Part shown: positions 57,256-64,000 of the stretch, piece after piece | Position numbering within the stretch: position 1 is the first letter of the stretch | Layout: every line of letters starts with the position of its first letter | Assembly (NCBI GenBank): GCA_040437565.1 | Contig: JBDOQK010000077.1 | Span: 1 to 64,000 of the forward strand | Origin: Albugo candida | Lineage: Eukaryota | Direction of reading: 5' to 3' | Length of the DNA stretch: 64,000 nt | Position numbers and translations under genes: made by a program | Notes under the pieces: model-generated | What the model was told of the DNA's origin: nothing | The model's input: the letters and a program-made list of their open reading frames with translations, nothing else | Database searches by the model: none

Positions 57256-58330
57256 TTAAGTACGGTAATGCTGCAGAAGAAGACGAAGATACATCGGTGC
57301 AAATTGGAATGCATTTTGTGATATGACGCGTTTTATGCCTGCAATGTACTGCTCGTAAGCGAAGAGTGAATGGCTGCGTTGATACCTTTTGATACCAAAA
57401 TCGATTTCAGGACGCTTTGTACACAAACATCTCAAGATCAAGTTGATGATTCATGGCTAGCCTTGCGGCTTCTTGAAGAGCTAATTACTTTTGACTTTAC
57501 CAGACGAAAGAATTTGCTCTAGAAGTAACCCTATAAAGCTACATATTACTTTCTTGATCCTCACGTCGGGAATTATGGCAAGAAATCAAATCTGCGCATC
57601 ATTCCTCCGAGGGCAAAACACAATAAGAACCATTCAGCTCATCTGAACACGAAACAAAATCTCTAATCATGCCGCTTTCATGTGATGTATCGCTTCCAAC
57701 ATCTCGGTCGTACTTGAGCGAGCGAAGAAATCGTCTTGCTTCTCTGGGTCAAGGGAAACGTAAATCGAATCCAGTTCATTTTTNNNNNNNNNNNNNNNNN
57801 NNNNNNNNNNNNNNNNNNNNNNNNNNNNNNNNNNNNNNNNNNNNNNNNNNNNNNNNNNNNNNNNNNNNNNNNNNNNNNNNNNNATCTGAACACGAAACAA
57901 AATCTCTAATCATGCCGCTTTCATGTGATGTATCGCTTCCAACATCTCGGTCGTACTTGAGCGAGCGAAGAAATCGTCTTGCTTCTCTGGGTCAAGGGAA
58001 ACGTAAATCGAATCCAGTTCATTTTTATGAAAAATGTTTACGCGATGGATGGCACGAGTTTTCGTCAGCTTGTACAGCTGCAATCAAGCCTAGTACCCTA
58101 TCTTGATGATGCGTCTGTGTCGAGCAATCACATCGCATTAGACTTTGAGCCGTCGATAGATTACACGCATCTTGCACTATGGGTATTCAAGTTGTCATGA
58201 TTAAGCCTAGGTGTATTCAACCCAAGACGTCACTCCGATGATTCTGTGGATGGTGCTCTTATGAAACGGACAAGTTTCACCAGCTCGAGATCACATGTAT
58301 TTCGTGGTCAAATACGCTTATATCTGATGA
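57256..58330 (-). mobile_element. Highly degenerate LINE (non-LTR) ORF2 relic
   Basis: LDSIYVSLDPEKQDDFFARSSTTEMLEAIHHMK resembles the pre-RT LxAPLTxxELxxAIKxM segment; upstream RFIRAPST resembles (Y/H)FFRxP; frames are broken. Contains the 57641-57783/57884-58026 gap overlap. Confidence 0.4.
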
Positions 58331-60041
58331 AAAGTAGTTTCCTTACTGATTATCTACTTTGCTCATTACTTGTTGTTGTGATATGAAAGCAAAGTATGCG
58401 AAAAGTATCTACCCCCATAAGCCCCACACACTCGCCTAACACTTAGTCGGACGAAGACGGCCATACACATGCCTATGTTTTGACTTATCAGAGCTCTACA
58501 TCAACGCAGGCTCTTGTAGATTGCGTGTGTTTAGCAGCGAGAAGAAAAGTGATTGCGATGGCTTATATGCAGTAGCCAAAACGTTCGGCGCACGTGCTTT
58601 GGACTCAATGAAGTGTTCAGAATAAACATCATTTCAAAATTCGACTCATCGAAAGTGGTAAAAGGCTCATAGTTTGGGATAAGCGCAATCACATCAATCA
58701 AGACATAAGGAAATCGTGTGAAGCACAGAGAAAAGCGGAATAAAGAGGCTATCGAGGACTGGGCCCACTGATCAGCATGTTGATTCTTCTCAGCATCGTT
58801 CGAAACGGAACGATACGCTGTTGCACTGTGATGTTATCCAAATGACAGAGCTTTAGTACAAAGAAGGTGCATCATACACGCTGTGCGTTGGATAGACCGA
58901 CTGATCCACGCACAATCATTAAAGAGCTGTGAGATATTCAGTCTAGCGCTCCAGCGTATTTGATTGGTTATAATTACGATTACACGGATGGCGCTGCTGT
59001 TGCGATTATCTCGGCACACTTTGTTGCCGCGTGGTGTATGCCGTACATTGTCAAATGAGTATCAAGGACTCTCTTTTTTCTCGACATGTCAGCAGACCCT
59101 ATCACGCACCATCAACTCACAATATTTTAATTTATTTGGCGCTGATATTCTATCAAATTCGAAGACAATAAAGCTGCAGCATCTACCATGGAGAACTCGA
59201 GTTGAAAGCGTAGTAGATAGCGTTTCCAACTACAATCCGCCTGTATCTATGGAATGCCCAAACGTCGCTATAAATGGTGGGTTAAAGTCTTCTTAATCGT
59301 TATTTTCTGACCGTTTACGCTTGACGCAGAGACCGTACAGGCAATAAAGCGAACATATCAACCAAGCACTTTACGACGAAAACGGAAACATGGATTTCGG
59401 GCCCGCAAATGCTCAATCGGAGGAAGAAGGGTACTGAATCGCCGTCACAAAAGAGGTAGATGGAGAATGTCCGCGTGATGCCGTGAATACAGCAACATAA
59501 GATTCCGGTTGGTTATTTCATAAAATTGGGATGCAAATGATGTCATATGGTATCAGATTATGAACGCTTCTGAAAGCAACAACACTTGTACCCTTATATA
59601 TCTGCGTACTTGACAACAGCTTAACCATCTTCTCCTGCTGCACTCCTTGATCCCTTTGGAATATCTTTATTTGATCCGCTTTTCCAAAGCAAAAAGGCTA
59701 AGGGTCCAAGTGTGAGTGACAATGGATGGTACTCTTTGCTTACAGCAGCTTGTCCTTTGCATCAATGCTCTTTGAAGAGGATAAGTGCATAAAAGTTTTA
59801 TCGCTACCAAAGATTGCTGCCTTGGGGGTACTATACAGCAAACACTCTGACGCTATACAAGAGCGTCATAAGTGAATAATGTGCCCATGATCCGAATCAA
59901 TTGATAGAAAACGATGGCCTGGAGTGGGCTGCATGACGACATAAAGAATGTGATCCGCCTGGTTAGAGTCCACCACTATGCAAGAAAGGCTTTTTAGCCA
60001 AAATTGTCGTAGTCGTCAAAATTGAGTACTCCAGCACTATC

Positions 60042-62047
60042 CTAACTTGATTCCATCTTGAGAATGACCCAGGTGAGTACCCATTTGAGATTTGTAAGGG
60101 CATAACGTAATGCTTTCGTCCACTCTTCCAAACGATCCTTCATGAAGAAGATAGAGTATCCAGCTACGCGTCGGCGTAAGATCTTGTACGGAAATTTAAC
60201 ATTGGAATCTATCGTCTGCACGTGTTCGATCAAGTTTGTGATGCAGGATAACCATCCATCCAGTCCTGAGTTGAATTGACTACCCAGGAAATCATCACTA
60301 TCCGACCCATACCTACCAGAAAAGATCATTAGAATTGATGACTATGACTACGTCCACAGTGCCATACAAGCGATATGCGATACTGACTCCGGTAGTTCGT
60401 ATTACTTTGGACGTACTTCCCAGAACCACGAGTTTGTAGCTGTTGATAGAATATGTCGTTAGCTCGCTATTTACCGCGTTGGAGAAATAACTCACTCTGC
60501 AAATTTCAAATTCAAAATGTCTGCCAGTGTCTGAAGGAGAAAAGCGCTTTCTCCAAAGCCAGTATTAATCTCATTCCACTCTACATGCACCATGGAAGTT
60601 CTTCCCAATCGAAATGAATTGACTGTGCCAAAGTCCCCTTGATGAGATATTGTAAAAACATCCGACAGGCAACTTTTTCTCTCTGTCTTGGCAGTGTGCT
60701 CGTTCAAGAGGTCGTATCGCGACAAAGCAATGTCACGAACTTCTTCGAATGTCGCTTGTGCAAAGTCTATATGCCTGCATTGTTCCCAAAGCAAATGTTC
60801 GTCCTCTTTTAATGGTCTCATCGCATTTTTCTCAAAATCCTCCTCTTGTTGCTCAAGTTGAGACTGCTCCTGTACCATAAGTGAAAGACTCGAACGTAGT
60901 ATTGATTCTTCTTTCGCATACTATCACGTAAGACCGTGATTATATCGTATGAATATTAAAGGCTAGCCCCTACATGATTGAGCTTCTCCTCATATTCTTT
61001 GAGGGTTTGCTTGAGTTTCTGATCAGAAAAGTTCATAGATGATCTGAGGTAAAGTACACAACACCGTTTCTCGTGTCGTGCGTATTCGACATGAGAATCT
61101 AGTTCCTTAAGCATTGAATCGACACATTCCTTGCACAATGACGACATGACGGGCATTCCCATACTATAAAGCACTTCAAGTAGCATCCGATACCCTTTCT
61201 TCTTGAAATCCTTACCATAGTGCATGTCTACTCGTCATCACACAGACATGGTGACTCATGTCTGCATGTGCATNNNNNNNNNNNNNNNNNNNNNNNNNNN
61301 NNNNNNNNNNNNNNNNNNNNNNNNNNNNNNNNNNNNNNNNNNNNNNNNNNNNNNNNNNNNNNNNNNNNNNNNNGCAAGGAATGTGTCGATTCAATGCTTA
61401 AGGAACTAGATTCTCATGTCGAATACGCACGACACGAGAAACGGTGTCGTGCGTATTCGACATGAGAATCTAGTTCCTTAAGCATTGAATCGACACATTC
61501 CTTGCACAATGACGACATGACGGGCATTCCCATACTATAAAGCACTTCAAGTAGCATCCGATACCCTTTCTTCTTGAAATCCTTACCATAGTGCATGTCT
61601 ACTCGTCATCACACAGACATGGTGACTCATGTCTGCATGTGCATATTTGGTATCCTGTAATTGTCGCTGTAAAGTTGCATTCTTTTTCGGTGAATAATCA
61701 CAAGCTCTTGGTTGATCAAGCAATGACGGTCGCACATACATGCTATTACTTGATGCAAAATCCTCGTGTAAAGACGTAAGATCCATAGAAATACAAGAAT
61801 CTACCAGCTGGTCCATTTCCTTCTTCTCCAACTGCGAACTGTGAATACTGTCAGGATTCAATGAACGTATCATTGACGCATCCATATTTCTACTGTGATA
61901 AGAGTTTGATGACTTGACAACAATCGATGATCTCGATATAGAGTTTGATAAAAGAACATATGAATCTCCCAGAGCTGGTGTAGTTTGGTTGGTGTTTTTG
62001 GTGCCGTCATCTTCTAATGCTTTTGAGCATCGGTTGCAGCACTTCAT
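60042..62047 (-). CDS. ATG6: Beclin-1/ATG6/VPS30, multi-exon (span includes gap and duplicated sequence)
   Basis: N-terminal CNRC, LCKECVD, coiled coil; BARA domain FTISHQGDFGTVNSFRLGR..VEWNEIN.GFG, FPYKI, EEWTKALRYALTNLKW. Confidence 0.92.
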
Positions 62048-62529
62048 TCGATTATGAGTTCTAAGAGAATGAATGATATAAAGTGTCAAAAATGTCGGAA
62101 ATAGGTATAAGAATAGACAGGGATTTGAATATTCCACAAGATACCGTTCCGCAAAAACGCTGTTGGAAGAGTGATGAGAGCATTGAATGAATGCCACTCA
62201 ATTCATTGGCATATGGTTTGTGGGATACAATGAATGACATCAATTCTCAAAACATCGTTACAAGTCGTAATTTGCCAGCGTTAGCGGATGGACACGCGAT
62301 GGGATGGACCAAGGAAGCTATATCACATCGAAGCAAACGCAAGCATTTGGCATCAACTTAAGGTAGAAACCATTACCTTGTGTATCGAGGCATAACAAAA
62401 GGCGTCGTTTGCATCCTCAATAGAGAAAAAGAAGCCTTTTATAGCAGATTTTGCGTCAGTCCACTCATTTAGGGCGATGAGAGCTCTCGACAAGATCGCA
62501 CATATTCTTCATTGAGAATCGCTTTTTGT

Positions 62530-63597
62530 CGACCGCCAGCGCGTCACAGACGACTGAACCGAATTAGACTACTGCATAGTTGAAAGCATATTGACAATCA
62601 AAGAGATTAAAGGCTTTCTTTGTACCTTCAGCCAAGAGGTGGCAATCGCTGAAGAAGCTCAACAAAGCGAGCGATCGAATAAGGATGCTGAGTCTTGCGA
62701 GAATTGGACTTTAAACGCGTTACTTTCACGCATCTTTGTGTCTGTAAATATGCATTCGTATTTGGTAAAAGTACTTTAAGTTTCATGCTCGACAGCGGTG
62801 CATTTACCCAATAAGATGAGAAATTGTCGACGAGTAAAAGAACGTTCAGGTGTACTTCACTACTACTAAGAGTCGTCATTGAACAAGGTGATCTGAGTGT
62901 GCCAATATTTGTTAAGAGCTAAAATAGCCTTCATAACCATTCTTGCACCCAACGGGCATGTAATGGATCAACGTCAATGGTCGATGCAAATGGCATTCAT
63001 TCACTCGTCCTAACTACAATGGCATCTCAGCTATTCATATCGCTAATAAATTGAGGTGCCATTGCTCCCAATAACTAATTCCCATCTCATTGATTTGAAC
63101 AAAAAGCTTTCGGCCCGGATGCGAGCCTATTTGACATTTATGTCCCGTCAAGTCTGGATTATTGACGAGTCCTTTAGTCGCACTGTTATTCTTTGCTTCT
63201 CAAGTACACGTGCATGATGATGAGAAGGATATTACGCTACTTAGTTTGAAGATCCATCAAACATTTTTCTGCAAGAAATAGTGAGAGAATGGTATCACGT
63301 CGTAAATAGAGCACTATCCGAATCGCAAATGATCTGTATATTAAAAGGATTGAGACTTGTATGAGGATCTGCATGCCAAATAATAAATGAGTGCAGAGGT
63401 AATAGCTGACGACTTGTCTTCCTACTTTTACCTCCAGACAGTATCATTATCACAATTGTTCGAAAGGAGAGCGCTCTAATCTTTGGCCTTTTACTTGATA
63501 CTGGGTGCGTCGCCACTTATCGAACTCAGAGTATCCACTGCTTGTTTCATATTCGAGTCTCACTACTGCACTCGCAAAATCTACTGCTTTTTCTCGA
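62530..63597 (-). mobile_element. Decayed pogo/Tigger (CENP-B/DDE_1) transposase relic
   Basis: VLLLVDNFSSY...LSSMKLKVLLPNTNAYLQ...RLKS (~LLLDNASSH...FLPPNTTxxLQPxD); upstream INEMGISY (~MDETGLFY) and KGQRLERSPFEQL (HTH linker-like); stops and frameshifts. Confidence 0.6.
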
Positions 63598-63752
63598 NNN
63601 NNNNNNNNNNNNNNNNNNNNNNNNNNNNNNNNNNNNNNNNNNNNNNNNNNNNNNNNNNNNNNNNNNNNNNNNNNNNNNNNNNNNNNNNNNNNNNNNNTCT
63701 CGTGAAATATCATTTCGACTACATTGCGCTATCATTGAATAGGACGCTTTTT

Positions 63753-63788
63753 GATTGGCCACATTCTCAATCTACTCGATTTGATTGG
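63753..63788 (+). promoter_or_regulatory. Two reverse CCAAT boxes (TTTGATTGG) 30 nt apart upstream of TIMELESS
   Basis: GATTGG at 63753-63758 and 63783-63788, immediately before the ATG at 63799. Confidence 0.45.
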
Positions 63789-63798
63789 TTGTAATCAT

Positions 63799-64000
63799 AT
63801 GACGGACATGCCAAACGACGAAAATGAATCGGAAATCGCGCTCGAATACGAAGACATAGAGATGGAATCTGAAGGTGAAGATTGCTTTGTTGCTGGCGAA
63901 AATGGATATCAGCTTGGTAATGCAATGATGAACGAACTTTTGCTCATTTGCTCGAATCTCGGCTTGGTTCAGACAAATTCCGACGAAACTTGCAACCGCG
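63799..64000 (+). CDS. TIMELESS: 5' end of TIMELESS/Tof1 fork-protection protein (runs off the window)
   Basis: Open frame MTDMPNDENESE...MMNELLLICSNLG; resembles the Timeless N-terminal ELLATCSALG motif. Only 67 codons visible. Confidence 0.55.
   Translation, partial: MTDMPNDENESEIALEYEDIEMESEGEDCFVAGENGYQLGNAMMNELLLICSNLGLVQTNSDETCNR

Noticed and set aside
58330..60000. Possible LINE endonuclease remnants or a small gene
   Set aside because: Only faint motif echoes (RISAPN) and no coherent frame or splice model.
61374..61520. Long palindrome inside the Beclin gene
   Set aside because: Starts exactly at a contig edge and is absent from the overlapping copy at 61060-61273; fold-back artefact.
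13271..64000. Functional cluster of genome-maintenance genes (M1AP-like, ISWI, XRCC2-like, TIMELESS)
   Set aside because: They are spread over 50 kb among unrelated housekeeping genes; no evidence beyond chance.
1..64000. CRISPR arrays, rRNA, minor-spliceosome (U12) introns
   Set aside because: No regularly spaced repeats or rRNA-like sequence seen; none of the introns I reconstructed begins with RTATCCTT.

Overview
Eukaryotic, very gene-dense DNA with short (about 45-80 nt) introns. Gene content and style point to an oomycete, plausibly an Albugo-type compact genome (inference, not proven). The window holds two tRNA genes (Ile-AAT, Val-TAC) and about 21 protein genes: VMA12/TMEM199, an ABCB/MDR exporter, D2HGDH, REI1, an M1AP-like protein, an unknown coiled-coil membrane protein, ISWI, an LRR protein, kinesin-3, an ATP4-type P-type ATPase, CCDC146, a PTEN-PH fusion, IVD, SRPRB, CAF1, a zinc-knuckle protein, 5-oxoprolinase, an SDR, an XRCC2-like protein, a secreted orphan, RPN5, Beclin/ATG6 and the 5' end of TIMELESS. 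Decayed LINE, Mutator-like and pogo relics fill the gene-poor stretches. There are nine 100-N gaps; most are flanked by duplicated or fold-back sequence that looks like assembly artefact. Best leads: an ISWI carrying HMG boxes at both ends plus a winged-helix-like domain, a PTEN-C2-PH-(Rad23/STI1-like) fusion, an M1AP-like meiotic protein, a Walker-A-dead XRCC2 whose stop overlaps the next gene's ATG, an ATP4-type Na+ pump, a structured Pol III trailer behind tRNA-Ile, and GC-AG introns. Family assignments rest on motifs recalled from memory; no database search was run. I see no single clear-cut novel multi-gene system.
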